NCBI GenBank assembly: GCA_046538075.1 | Contig: JBKHJN010000002.1 | Coordinates: 21,465 to 85,464, forward strand | Length of the DNA stretch: 64,000 nt | Direction of reading: 5' to 3' | Source: Desulfobacteraceae bacterium | GTDB taxonomy: Bacteria; Desulfobacterota; Desulfobaccia; Desulfobaccales; Desulfobaccaceae | In this document: positions 1 to 9,112 of the stretch, in pieces | Position numbering within the stretch: the stretch's first letter is position 1 | Layout: every line of letters begins with the position of its first letter | Notes under the pieces: generated by a model | Databases searched by the model: none | What the model saw: the letters and a program-made list of their open reading frames with translations, nothing else | Told to the model about the DNA's origin: nothing | Position numbers and translations under genes: made by a program

Positions 1-624
1 AAGGCCCGTATCCTGCAAGCCTCGACCTCGGAAATCTATGGCGACCCGACGGTGCATCCCCAGAAAGAGGATTACTGGGGGAATGTCAATTGCTTAGGGC
101 TGCGTAGCTGCTACGATGAGGGCAAGCGGGTGGCTGAAACCCTGATGATGGATTATCATCGGCAAAATAAGGTAGAAATTCGCATTGCCCGCATTTTCAA
201 TACATATGGACCTCGGATGGCCATCAATGATGGCCGGGTGATCAGCAATTTTATTATCCAGGCCCTCAGCGGCCGGGAATTGACCATCTATGGCCAGGGA
301 CAACAGACCCGCTCTTTCTGTTATATCTCGGATCTGGTCGAGGGGCTGGTACGGCTGATGAGTTATGAGGGCTTTGATGGGCCGGTCAATCTGGGAAACC
401 CGGAGGAGTTCACTATCCTGGAGTTGGCCAAAAAGGTCCTGGAACTTACCCGCAGCAGCTCAACTTTGGTATTTAAATCTTTGCCTCCCGACGACCCCCG
501 GCAGCGCTGCCCTGATATCAGCAAAGCCAAGGCTCAACTGGGGTGGACGCCGACCATTACTTTAACTGAGGGACTGAATGCAACCATCCCCTATTTTGAC
601 CATAAACTCAAACAACTGGTTTAA
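1..624 (+). CDS. UDP-glucuronate decarboxylase-type NAD-dependent sugar epimerase/dehydratase, C-terminal part (5' end lies outside the window)
   Basis: Frame 1 is open from base 1 ([16 protein letters not shown]...). The strings [30 protein letters not shown] and [12 protein letters not shown] are typical of UXS/ArnA-type extended SDR enzymes. Confidence 0.8.
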   Translation, partial: KARILQASTSEIYGDPTVHPQKEDYWGNVNCLGLRSCYDEGKRVAETLMMDYHRQNKVEIRIARIFNTYGPRMAINDGRVISNFIIQALSGRELTIYGQGQQTRSFCYISDLVEGLVRLMSYEGFDGPVNLGNPEEFTILELAKKVLELTRSSSTLVFKSLPPDDPRQRCPDISKAKAQLGWTPTITLTEGLNATIPYFDHKLKQLV

Positions 625-1270
625 GCAGAAATGGTTTCGGCGGCTTGGCGCGGTTCTCCTCTGCCTGTGGTTGGGAACCTGTGGCTGGAGTTGTCGCCGC
701 CCGGAAGGACCACCCGCTTATGCTATGGTCCAGGAGGTCGTGGACGGCGATACCATAACCTTGGCCGACGGCCGTAGAGTGCGATATCTGGGCATTGATA
801 CCCCAGAGATGGGGTGGGACCAACAACCCCCGGAGTTCCTGGCCCCGGAAGCTAAAAAATTCAATGCGCAATTGGTGCAAAATCAAAAACTGCACCTGGA
901 GTATGATGTAGAGCGCTATGACCAATATAACCGCCTGCTGGCTTATTTGTTCCTGCCTGACGAGCGTATGGTCAACGCTGAATTGGTCCGTCAAGGTTTG
1001 GCCCGGGTCTATCTTTTTCCTCCCAATCTCCGCTATAAGGATTTGCTGGTGGCCTGTCAGCGTCAGGCCATGGAGGCGGGCCAGGGCATCTGGCAACGCC
1101 CGCTCAAAGCCGATGAACCATATTACCTCGGCAACAGTAACAGCTTTCGCTTCCATCGCCCCGATTGTCAGGGAGCCAAAAAAATGTCTCCGGAAAACCG
1201 GATTATTTTCGCCCATCCCCAGGAAGCCTATGCCCAAGGTTACAGTCCCTGCAAGATGTGCCGCCCTTAA
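578..1270 (+). CDS. Exported or anchored thermonuclease (SNase fold) with a C-terminal Ada-like Cys zinc module
   Basis: SNase core strings [24 protein letters not shown] and [26 protein letters not shown]. Hydrophobic N-terminus [15 protein letters not shown]. The C-terminal FHRPDCQGA...GYSPCKMC resembles the Ada N-terminal zinc module. The ATG at 578 overlaps the upstream gene by 47 nt, so the start is uncertain. Confidence 0.7.
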   Translation: MQPSPILTINSNNWFKQKWFRRLGAVLLCLWLGTCGWSCRRPEGPPAYAMVQEVVDGDTITLADGRRVRYLGIDTPEMGWDQQPPEFLAPEAKKFNAQLVQNQKLHLEYDVERYDQYNRLLAYLFLPDERMVNAELVRQGLARVYLFPPNLRYKDLLVACQRQAMEAGQGIWQRPLKADEPYYLGNSNSFRFHRPDCQGAKKMSPENRIIFAHPQEAYAQGYSPCKMCRP

Positions 1271-1275
1271 GCGAC

Positions 1276-2202
1276 TCAAGCACCTGGGTTGGCTGCTAAT
1301 AAAGGGTGGGCATCGCTGCAGACCCGTCCGGCTCTGACTATGTGTGCTTTAATATAAGGCGGCAGCAGGGGCAGCGTGGTAGAAAACTCGGGGCCATACC
1401 AGCGCAGCGCTGGCAGTTGGCGAATGGCCAGGCGCTGGGCCACGGTTGCAGGGGAAGGCCAGTTTAGGGATTTGCCGGCCAGCATAAAGCCGTACAGGTC
1501 ATCAAAACTGGCAATAAAGGCGGTGTAGGGGAATACCTGCGGGAAAACTGAGCCGACGGTATGGTAAAGATGGGGTATGAGATGCGGGGCCCGTTCCGCA
1601 GAACCGGATTGGATACTAAACAACCCCGAACTGGTCAGCTTCACCTGAACCAGTTCGAACATCTCCCGGGTAAACAAGAAGACCGCGGGGCCCTCGGCCA
1701 GGGGATCGGTAATATCCATCAGGATAACGTCAAAGCTGCGGTCCGACTGGCGAGCCAACCACCCCCGGGCATCTTCGTGGCGCAACTCAACCCGGGGATC
1801 ATCGAAGGCCCCGGCATGGAAGGTTGGCAGCCACTGGCGGCACAGGGCGACGATCTCTGCATCCAGGTCAACCATTACCACCCGCTCAACGCAATTATGC
1901 TTCAAGACCTCCCGGAGGGTGGCCCCTTCCCCACCCCCTAAAATGGCGACCTGCCGGGGCTCGGGATGGGCGGTCAGGGGCGGATGAACCAAAGCTTCAT
2001 GATAAATAAATTCATCCCGCTGGGCTGATTGAATCACCCCGTCTAAAACCAACACCCGCCCCAAAAAGGGGTTTTCCCAGATCTGGTATTCCTGAAATCG
2101 AGTCCGGCCCTGAGCCAAAACCCGGGTCTTGCGGTAAGCCGAGAGATCGTCGGGGGTGTCCTGGGCCAGATACCAATCCCCGGCCGGCCAATCTGTACTC
2201 AT
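1276..2202 (-). CDS. speE: Spermidine synthase-like polyamine aminopropyltransferase
   Basis: AILGGGEGATLREVLKH, VVMVDLD and ILMDITDP motifs of the spermidine synthase methyltransferase fold. 308 aa. Confidence 0.65.
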   Translation of the reverse strand: MSTDWPAGDWYLAQDTPDDLSAYRKTRVLAQGRTRFQEYQIWENPFLGRVLVLDGVIQSAQRDEFIYHEALVHPPLTAHPEPRQVAILGGGEGATLREVLKHNCVERVVMVDLDAEIVALCRQWLPTFHAGAFDDPRVELRHEDARGWLARQSDRSFDVILMDITDPLAEGPAVFLFTREMFELVQVKLTSSGLFSIQSGSAERAPHLIPHLYHTVGSVFPQVFPYTAFIASFDDLYGFMLAGKSLNWPSPATVAQRLAIRQLPALRWYGPEFSTTLPLLPPYIKAHIVRAGRVCSDAHPLLAANPGA

Positions 2203-2383
2203 CGCCAGTCCTCCTCATGTCCAGAAAATTTATTTATTTTACAGCTAAAATCGCTAAAGGCGCAATGCCTTCCCTTAACCGGAAGAAATTGCTTTATCAG
2301 ACAGATAGCGATAAAATTTAAATTGGGGGAAAACCGCTTGGCAGTGTATTAGTATTATTACTCCGAGCATTTAAAAGGTTAAT

Positions 2384-2520
2384 TTGAGGGGAGGGCCGGC
2401 GGACCGAGAGGCCCCCCGCCCTCCCCTCAAGCTCCCCTCCCAACCCCCCCCCCAAAGGGGTTGGGAGAGTGGGTTTGGGAGAGGGGGCAGGGGTTGCGGA
2501 CCCCTGGCCCCCTCTCCCAA
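2384..2520. repeat. Cluster of three tandem GC-rich palindromic units (REP/BIME-like) in a divergent intergenic region
   Basis: Unit 1 is 2384-2396 TTGAGGGGAGGGC paired with 2418-2430 GCCCTCCCCTCAA. Unit 2 is 2437-2447 CTCCCAACCCC paired with 2457-2467 GGGGTTGGGAG, around a C10 run. Unit 3 is 2475-2488 TTGGGAGAGGGGGC paired with 2507-2520 GCCCCCTCTCCCAA, with inner AGGGGT/ACCCCT pairing. The arms share a TTGGGAGAG-like core. Confidence 0.7.
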
Positions 2521-2587
2521 GAGCTGTTTTTCCCTAACCCCAATTCATTTATTTTATGACCTGATTAATAACCCCAATCCCTAAGAG

Positions 2588-3607
2588 ATGCCGGACATGG
2601 AAAAACACTGGCTGATTTTGATAATGGGCGGATTGATCCTGGTCTGGGCTGGATCCCTGATATTGGTGCGGCAGTGGACCAAGCGGAAGTTAATGCGGAG
2701 CCTGGCGGCGGAAGCTCTGCAGACCGAGGAATACAGTCCGACCATGGCCGATCCCCGGCCAGAAGACCAGGCCGCTTTGGAAATCATTCGCACCCATCGC
2801 CGCCGCTATCTCATGAAATTGTGGCCGGACAGCCGCTTCAGCTTCAAGCTCTTCAATGAACTGGCCCTGAGCTTGATTCCGGAAATTGCCGCAGTCTATT
2901 ATCCAAACGAAGGCCATCCGGAACTAAAGGCCTCTCTGGCTGACCTGGTGGGGCTTTATAACCGGGTGGGGGTGCGCCTCCAGGCCTGGCTGGACACCCT
3001 GCCGGTGCGGGCCTTCAAAGATGTCGAACTAGAGACCGTACTCCGTTATCATGAGTTTTATCAAACGGTTAAAAATCATCCCGGCTACCTCTTTCTGAAG
3101 CGCCATCATCTGGATAAGGTGGGCCGTTGGGCCTGGACTATAAAAAATTTTGCCAGCCCCTGGTACTGGGGGCGGCGGGTGGCTTATGCCGGCGGCAAGG
3201 AAGTCATGGCCCGCCTGCTGCTGGCCCGGGTCGCGGCCATTGTCGGCGAGGAAGCCATGCGCCTCTATGGTCGGGGGCCGCTGAACTCGGGTCGACTGGG
3301 CCGGTATCAACTAGCCGTTCAGGAAATGATCAACCTGGCCCTGGAAAATGGCCATTGCCCGCCGGTGGCAGCCAATTATATCCTCAAATTTGTCCTTAAG
3401 GCCCGTGGTCTGGATGATCAGGAAAAGTTGATCCTGCTGCGTTGCCTAGGCGAACCCAAGCATCAGGCCCCTGGGGAAATCGAGGGGCTGGATGCCTCTG
3501 ATCAGGAGCAGCTGTTCCGATGGCTAAAATCTATGGTGACGACCTGCTGGAGCGGGCCGGAGCGGAGCCGGCGGCTGGCAGAGCTCCGTAACCGTTGGCC
3601 AACATGA
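2588..3607 (+). CDS. Hypothetical membrane-anchored protein
   Basis: 339-aa ORF with one N-terminal hydrophobic helix (WLILIMGGLILVWAGSLILV) and coding-like composition. No family recognised. Confidence 0.5.
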   Translation: MPDMEKHWLILIMGGLILVWAGSLILVRQWTKRKLMRSLAAEALQTEEYSPTMADPRPEDQAALEIIRTHRRRYLMKLWPDSRFSFKLFNELALSLIPEIAAVYYPNEGHPELKASLADLVGLYNRVGVRLQAWLDTLPVRAFKDVELETVLRYHEFYQTVKNHPGYLFLKRHHLDKVGRWAWTIKNFASPWYWGRRVAYAGGKEVMARLLLARVAAIVGEEAMRLYGRGPLNSGRLGRYQLAVQEMINLALENGHCPPVAANYILKFVLKARGLDDQEKLILLRCLGEPKHQAPGEIEGLDASDQEQLFRWLKSMVTTCWSGPERSRRLAELRNRWPT

Positions 3608-3670
3608 GGGCAAAGGAAAATTAATCCCCTTAACCAGAAGTTGCTTTTTTCGAGTTTTTGCTTCTGTTTT

Positions 3671-4771
3671 TTATTCTCTGTTGAGTTCCTGGCCTTTCAA
3701 GTTAAGGCGCAATTTGCCCACCCGGCAAATTCTTATCTGCTCATGGCGCGCAGCCGGAAGCGGCGTCCAGACAGCGACTTCCGACCTTTCCCAGGGTGAC
3801 CGCAGGATCAGTCCCAGCGCCTGGACCGCCAGATTTTTATCCAACAATCCCACCAGCCGCATTTCCAGTTGGGGCGCGGCCAGCCAGAAAACATTTTTCA
3901 CTGCCAAATGTTGTTCAATGGCGGAGCTGTCGATTGCTTCGGGAGAGTCCGGTAGAATCAGAACCGCGCCGGCAGCGCCGCTCTCTCCATAGAGCACCGG
4001 GACGCCCAGGTCTTCCTTTAATTTTTGTCGTGCCTCCCGCACCAGCGGCTTTCCCTGTCCCAGAGGCACCCCCAGCCAGGCCAGGCGGCTGACCGCAAAG
4101 ACCAGCCTCCCAGCTCCCTGAAAATAGCGGCGAAACCTCTCTTCCCGGTATTGCCGCCGGTACTCCATAGATTTGCCTACAGCCCGTTGCGACAGCGGAA
4201 GGCGCAGGACCGGGGCTTGCCGCCGGTCCAGGGGAATCAGGATAGGCTCAAGCTCCTGGGCCTGTTCCAGAGCCAGGATCAGCTTTGGGGCCAGCAGTTC
4301 CATCTGGGCCCATTTCAGCCGCTGGGCAACCGGCCCCTGGATGAAACCACTGGTATTGATTACTAAATGGCTCACTCCGTGCTTCCAGGCGCGGTCTGCC
4401 AGGCACCGGACCCCGACCACCACCTCCGTCACCTGGCTGGCAGGTGAGGTCTGGCCGATAAAGCAGATGGCCTCAGGGAACAGGCCGTCATCACCGGGAC
4501 GGCGGGGAGGATAGAGCCCCAAGCCTAGAGACCCCGGGGGCCCCAGATGGGATTGTCCCAGATCGCAGTCAATCAGGGCTACCCGCCGCCCGGCCACATA
4601 GGCCCGATAGACCAGATAGCGGCACAGGGTGCTCTTGCCGGTGTCGGTCCCGCCCAGCACCAGGGTTGGACCTTCGGTCGCCAAAAACTGCTGGGCGGCC
4701 TGCTCCCAGGCCCAGGGAAGGTCCAGGTCGGCCAACAGGGGAAAAGCCTCGCTTTTGGAATTAAGGCTCAC
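3671..4771 (-). CDS. Clp1/Grc3-like P-loop polynucleotide 5'-hydroxyl kinase homolog
   Basis: Walker A LVLGGTDTGKSTLCRYL is followed by RRVALIDCDLGQS, the Clp1_P arrangement (GKS then DxDxGQ). 366 aa. It starts 23 nt after the nitroreductase gene. Confidence 0.6.
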   Translation of the reverse strand: MSLNSKSEAFPLLADLDLPWAWEQAAQQFLATEGPTLVLGGTDTGKSTLCRYLVYRAYVAGRRVALIDCDLGQSHLGPPGSLGLGLYPPRRPGDDGLFPEAICFIGQTSPASQVTEVVVGVRCLADRAWKHGVSHLVINTSGFIQGPVAQRLKWAQMELLAPKLILALEQAQELEPILIPLDRRQAPVLRLPLSQRAVGKSMEYRRQYREERFRRYFQGAGRLVFAVSRLAWLGVPLGQGKPLVREARQKLKEDLGVPVLYGESGAAGAVLILPDSPEAIDSSAIEQHLAVKNVFWLAAPQLEMRLVGLLDKNLAVQALGLILRSPWERSEVAVWTPLPAARHEQIRICRVGKLRLNLKGQELNRE

Positions 4772-4794
4772 CGATAGATCGCTGGCAGATTTAC

Positions 4795-5436
4795 TTAATT
4801 CTCTATCCAGGTCATAAACTCGGCCAGGTCTTCCCGGGAGGATTTGTACTGATTGATCGCCATCGCCGGGTCGGGGACGCCCACCGCAATGGTCAGAACG
4901 ATATTCACACTTTCCGGCAGACGCAATTCTTCCCGAATGTCCTCTTCATATCTTAGGACCGCGCCGATGGGGCAGGTGCCCAATCCCAGGGCATGGGCCT
5001 TCAACACCAAATTCTGGGCCGCCATCCCCAGATCCAAAAGCCGGGCGCTCGGCAGTTGCTGATCCATAGTGAGCAAAATTACCGCCGGGGCTCCATGAAA
5101 TTTAAAGCTGTTGGTCAGCAGATCAAATTCAGGGGTTTGCTGGCCGAAGGCAGCCAATTCCTGAGCAAAGCGCTGGCTGCGAGCCTGAAAAGGCGCCGGG
5201 AGTTCCGCCCAGCTCAACTTGCCCTTTTGCTCCTCCTGATAACGGGACACCAGTTTCTGGGCCAACCGCTCCAGAGGTGGATTGGTTACCACAATAAACT
5301 GCCAGGGTTGAATATTTCGGGCCGAAGGGGCCTGATGGGCGGCCCCCAGCAATCGCATAAGAGTCTTTTTAGGAACCGGCTCCGGTTTAAAGCCCCGGGT
5401 ACATTTACGACCATAGATCGTTTCCGCCAAATCCAT
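4795..5436 (-). CDS. Nitroreductase family protein
   Basis: N-terminal RKCTRGFKPEPVPKKTLMRLLGAAHQAPSARNIQPW and C-terminal GLGTCPIG strings typical of the NADH oxidase/flavin nitroreductase fold. Confidence 0.8.
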   Translation of the reverse strand: MDLAETIYGRKCTRGFKPEPVPKKTLMRLLGAAHQAPSARNIQPWQFIVVTNPPLERLAQKLVSRYQEEQKGKLSWAELPAPFQARSQRFAQELAAFGQQTPEFDLLTNSFKFHGAPAVILLTMDQQLPSARLLDLGMAAQNLVLKAHALGLGTCPIGAVLRYEEDIREELRLPESVNIVLTIAVGVPDPAMAINQYKSSREDLAEFMTWIEN

Positions 5437-5524
5437 AAGTCCCTCCTGTTACGGCGATGTTCAGCCCTGCAAGGATGATTTCCAGTTGGGAATGATATGA
5501 TTGACTAATGACTAAAATACCATG

Positions 5525-5557
5525 TAATTAATTCTGTGGGTAGGGGTGAATTAATTA
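5525..5557. promoter_or_regulatory. Perfect 10-bp inverted repeat, candidate operator upstream of the nitroreductase and Clp1-like unit
   Basis: TAATTAATTC (5525-5534), 13-nt spacer, GAATTAATTA (5548-5557). It lies about 90-120 nt upstream of the start codon at 5436. Confidence 0.35.
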
Positions 5558-5616
5558 GAGGGTGAGGTCAAATTTGGGGCCGCTCCCCGGAAATGATCCA
5601 AAGGAGCGGTCTCAAT

Positions 5617-6468
5617 CTAATACTCCATGTCTAATCGGGTTATCGCAGGATTGGCCATCTGACGAACCTCGTCGCTCATCTTCAGGGTCGAGGTAATCAT
5701 CAATATATGCTTAAGATACTGGTAGCCGAAGCGGAGCAGTTCCTCATCATCGGTCCTGATGCGCTCTTGCAGCTCCGGACTTATTTGAAAGATATTCAAA
5801 AAGGGGCTTTCAAACACGAACTGGCGGAATTGATCCAGGTCATAGGCGACCATGTAAAACAGCCGGCGATGGCGGTCATTGATCACGATCCGATCTTCGG
5901 GATAGTCCCGCAGCATCATAATCTTCCACTCCCGGTTCATTTCATCATATTTATCGGCCCCTTGCTCCTGCCGCCAGGCTGCCACGGTGGTCTCGGTTTC
6001 CTCGCCAAAGCCCTGGCAATGCTCCTCTTGGATATAGACATAGAACTCTTCCAGGCCGGCATCCGTCAGTATGCTGGCCTGCCCCAAGGGGTAGTAGCGG
6101 CAGGTGACCGGGCGGTCCTCATAGACGGTACATCCTTCCGGGCTGACAAAAGGACAGCGGCCCTCCGGGTCCTGGCTCATATCCAGGATGACTACCGGCA
6201 AGCTGGACTTTTCCTCGATTTCCTGGCGGGTATAGCGCTCTAAAAACTCGCCGGAAGTTAGGCCCAGCCTTTGCCGCAGGCGCAGAATATCATAGGGGGT
6301 CAGCCTGATCGTGGTCCGGGCACAACAGTGGTTAAAGCAATCTAAGCCCTTGTGGCAGCGAAACTTAAAAGTACTGTCGGACGACAGTTGGATGGGTTCA
6401 ATTTCGGTGTGGTTTGATGCGTTCATTAATTTCTCCTTCAAATGGTTAAGGATATGCGACTCAGGCAT
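5617..6468 (-). CDS. YkgJ/UPF0153-type Cys-cluster (CxxCxxCC family) putative Fe-S/Zn protein with a long C-terminal extension, paralog 1
   Basis: FKFRCHKGLDCFNHCCARTTIRLTPYDILRL, then CPFVSPEGCTVYEDRPVTCRYYP. Clear paralog of 46745-47536. Confidence 0.7.
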   Translation of the reverse strand: MPESHILNHLKEKLMNASNHTEIEPIQLSSDSTFKFRCHKGLDCFNHCCARTTIRLTPYDILRLRQRLGLTSGEFLERYTRQEIEEKSSLPVVILDMSQDPEGRCPFVSPEGCTVYEDRPVTCRYYPLGQASILTDAGLEEFYVYIQEEHCQGFGEETETTVAAWRQEQGADKYDEMNREWKIMMLRDYPEDRIVINDRHRRLFYMVAYDLDQFRQFVFESPFLNIFQISPELQERIRTDDEELLRFGYQYLKHILMITSTLKMSDEVRQMANPAITRLDMEY

Positions 6469-6491
6469 TTTTGCCTCAGTTAATCAATAAT

Positions 6492-6520
6492 AATTTAACT
6501 ATGATGGCATGATATGTCAA
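6492..6520 (-). promoter_or_regulatory. Sigma70-like promoter for YkgJ-like paralog 1
   Basis: On the minus strand: TTGACA (6520-6515), 17-nt spacer, TAAATT (6497-6492). About 25 nt upstream of the ATG at 6468. Confidence 0.45.
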
Positions 6521-6605
6521 AGCCCAAAGACTTTAAACCTTATCAGCTCTGGGATCAGGCCAAGATTTTCAGGTCTAGGAGGCCAAAGTGCTGATTGGAC
6601 GTGAA

Positions 6606-6636
6606 CAAAAAAAGCCAGCCCGGGTACGGGCTGGCC
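6606..6636 (-). terminator. Intrinsic terminator after phoU
   Basis: 9-bp GC stem GCCAGCCCG/CGGGCTGGC (6614-6622 / 6627-6635) with a 4-nt loop, followed on the minus strand by a T7 run (6613-6607). Confidence 0.7.
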
Positions 6637-6661
6637 AGAATCACGGTCTGGTCTGAAATAT

Positions 6662-7381
6662 TTATTTTAATATCTTGGTCATGTCCACGACTTTTCCCGG
6701 ATTAGGGACTTGGTTGGGGGGTTCTACGGTTTGATGGCGGACGATCTTGCCCTCGGTCAGATAGATTACTTCTTCGGCGATATTGGTGGCGTGGTCGGCG
6801 ATCCGCTCCAATTCCGCGGATATGGTAGGAAACTGGATCAGGCAGTCGAGCCGCTCGGGATTTTGGCGGATACTTTCTTCTACCTGGCTATAGATCTCCT
6901 GATTGATGTTGTCCACCTCTTCGTCGGCCAGGCACACCTGGCGGGCCAGTCCAGAATCCAAATTTACCAAGGCATCGAGACTATTCCTCAACATCGCCAG
7001 GGCTTTTTCGGCCATCCCGGAAAAATCAAAGGGAATTTCTATCTCCGGGCAGGAGGCCAGGGCATAGGCCCGCTCGGCAATATTCACCGCCAGATCGCCG
7101 ACCCGCTCCAGGTCATTGTTAATATTAAATACGGCGATGATGAAGCGCAGGTCGGTGGCTACCGGTTGGTACAAGGCGATGATCTTTAAGCAATGCTCCT
7201 CAACCTCAACCTCCTTCTGATCGATATCGGCATCCACGTCGATAACCTTGCTGGCCAGCTTAGTATCATGTCTAACCAATGACCGGATGGCATCTCTAAC
7301 GTTTTCCTCCACCAAGGCGCTAAAATACAATATTCGGTTTTTTAATTTGTCAATTTGTTGTTGGAGTGGCCGGGTCATCAA
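6662..7381 (-). CDS. phoU: Phosphate signaling complex protein PhoU
   Basis: Two PhoU repeats (DLERVGDLAVNIAE, ELERIADHATNIAE). Directly downstream of pstB. Confidence 0.9.
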   Translation of the reverse strand: MMTRPLQQQIDKLKNRILYFSALVEENVRDAIRSLVRHDTKLASKVIDVDADIDQKEVEVEEHCLKIIALYQPVATDLRFIIAVFNINNDLERVGDLAVNIAERAYALASCPEIEIPFDFSGMAEKALAMLRNSLDALVNLDSGLARQVCLADEEVDNINQEIYSQVEESIRQNPERLDCLIQFPTISAELERIADHATNIAEEVIYLTEGKIVRHQTVEPPNQVPNPGKVVDMTKILK

Positions 7382-7401
7382 TATCTGTCCTTTCTAATGG
7401 C

Positions 7402-8232
7402 TCAACCAAAACGTCCAGTAACATACTCTTCCGTCTGCTTGTTGGTCGGGTTAGTGAAAATCTGATTGGTACTCCCAAATTCAATTATCCGTCCCTGGAA
7501 GAAAAAGGCGGTATAGTCTGATACTCGAGCCGCCTGTTGCATGTTATGGGTGACAATAATAATAGTATATCTTGATTTTAACACATAAATCAACTCTTCG
7601 ATTTTGCCGGTGGCAATCGGATCGATGGCCGAACACGGTTCGTCCATTAACAACAGCTCAGGTTCGACTATCATCGCCCGGGCAATACACAATCTCTGCT
7701 GCTGGCCGCCGGAGAGGGCGGTGCCCGGTTTATGCAAAAAATCCTTGACTTCGTCCCAGAGAGCAGCCCGCTGTAAGGCCTCCTCCACCCGGTCGGCCAT
7801 TTCACTTTTGCTCATACGATAATGCATTTTTAAGCCAAATGCAACATTATCGAATACACTCATTGGAAAAGGGGTGGGTTTCTGGAAAATCATGCCCACC
7901 CGGCGGCGCAGTTCCATGAGGTCTTGAGAAGGATCTAAAATATTTTTCCCTTCCAAAAGGACCTCGCCGCTCGCCCGTTGGTCTCCATAAAGCTCATAGA
8001 TCCGGTTGTAGACCCGGATGTGCGTTGACTTGCCACATCCCGAGGGGCCAATAATGGCGGTTACCTGGTGTTTGGCAATGTCCAGGTGGTTTTTGAATAA
8101 AGCCTGCTGATGGCCATAATAGAAGTCCAAGTTGCGCACTGACAGTTTGATATCGGGTTTTGATCCAGGCTGAGGGGTTTCCACGATATCCTCAGGGTAT
8201 TCTATAATGCTGGCAGGTTCTGGATTGTTCAT
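7402..8232 (-). CDS. pstB: Phosphate ABC transporter ATP-binding protein PstB
   Basis: Walker [10 protein letters not shown], signature [14 protein letters not shown], Walker B LLLMDEP, and the PstB-typical N-terminal LDFYYG. Confidence 0.95.
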   Translation of the reverse strand: MNNPEPASIIEYPEDIVETPQPGSKPDIKLSVRNLDFYYGHQQALFKNHLDIAKHQVTAIIGPSGCGKSTHIRVYNRIYELYGDQRASGEVLLEGKNILDPSQDLMELRRRVGMIFQKPTPFPMSVFDNVAFGLKMHYRMSKSEMADRVEEALQRAALWDEVKDFLHKPGTALSGGQQQRLCIARAMIVEPELLLMDEPCSAIDPIATGKIEELIYVLKSRYTIIIVTHNMQQAARVSDYTAFFFQGRIIEFGSTNQIFTNPTNKQTEEYVTGRFG

Positions 8233-8269
8233 TTCTTACCATGACCTTTTCTTCAAGCAATCCTTTAAA

Positions 8270-9112
8270 TTATTTTTTTCCTTTGAAGGCAAACCGGGCC
8301 GTTAAATTAAGCGCCAAGACCCCTAACGTAATCAACAGCGAAGCCCCCCAGGCCAGCTGCTGCCAGTCACTGTAAGGGGACATGGCATAGTTAAAAATGG
8401 TCACGGTCAGATTGGCCGTAGGCTCCCCTAAGGAGCCGAACCAGTAAGGGCTATTCAGGGCCGTAAACAAGAGCGGCGCAGTCTCGCCGCTGACTCGGGC
8501 CACCCCCAACAGGCCGCCGGTGATCAGACCGGCCCGGGCAGCACGAAAGATAACCGACAGGGTCACTTTCCACCGCGGCGCCCCCAAAGCCAGGGCAGTT
8601 TCCCGCAAGGTATTGGGGACCAGGCGCAGCATATCCTCCGTAGTGCGAGCCACTACCGGCAACATAATAATCGCCAAGGCCAGGGCCCCGGCATAGCCGG
8701 AAAACTGTTTGAGAGGCACGACCACCACGGCATAAATGAATACGCCGATAATGATGGAGGGCATCCCCATCAAGACATTGGCCAAGAAGCGGCTATGATC
8801 CGCCAAGCGCGAATCCTGGCCAAACTCGGCTAGGTAAACGCCGCACAACAGCCCCAAAGGTACGGCAATCAGGGTGGCCAGCACTGTCATGGCCAGGGTG
8901 CCCACAATGGCATTGGCCAGTCCGCCCCCCGCCATGCCGGGAGGGGTGGGCAGTTTGATGAAAAAATCAAGATTAATTGCCGCCAGCCCCCGAAAGATGA
9001 CTTCCAGGGTAATCCACCCCAGGGCCAGGATGCCCAACAGAGCCGCCAGGACGGAAAAGCTGCTCACCATAAAATTGATCAGGCGGCGGCCAGTAGGCGG
9101 CCGGAGATTCAT
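8270..9112 (-). CDS. pstA: Phosphate ABC transporter permease PstA
   Basis: Polytopic permease with an EAA-like REAALALGAPRW-type loop (RETALALGAPRWKV). Operon position after pstC. Confidence 0.9.
   Translation of the reverse strand: MNLRPPTGRRLINFMVSSFSVLAALLGILALGWITLEVIFRGLAAINLDFFIKLPTPPGMAGGGLANAIVGTLAMTVLATLIAVPLGLLCGVYLAEFGQDSRLADHSRFLANVLMGMPSIIIGVFIYAVVVVPLKQFSGYAGALALAIIMLPVVARTTEDMLRLVPNTLRETALALGAPRWKVTLSVIFRAARAGLITGGLLGVARVSGETAPLLFTALNSPYWFGSLGEPTANLTVTIFNYAMSPYSDWQQLAWGASLLITLGVLALNLTARFAFKGKK

Noticed and set aside
2384-2584. 66-aa ORF (MRGGPADREAPRPPLKLPSQPPPQRGWESGFGRGGRG...)
   Set aside because: Low-complexity G/P/R translation lying exactly over the three GC-rich palindromes, with no SD. 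Most likely a by-product of the repeats.
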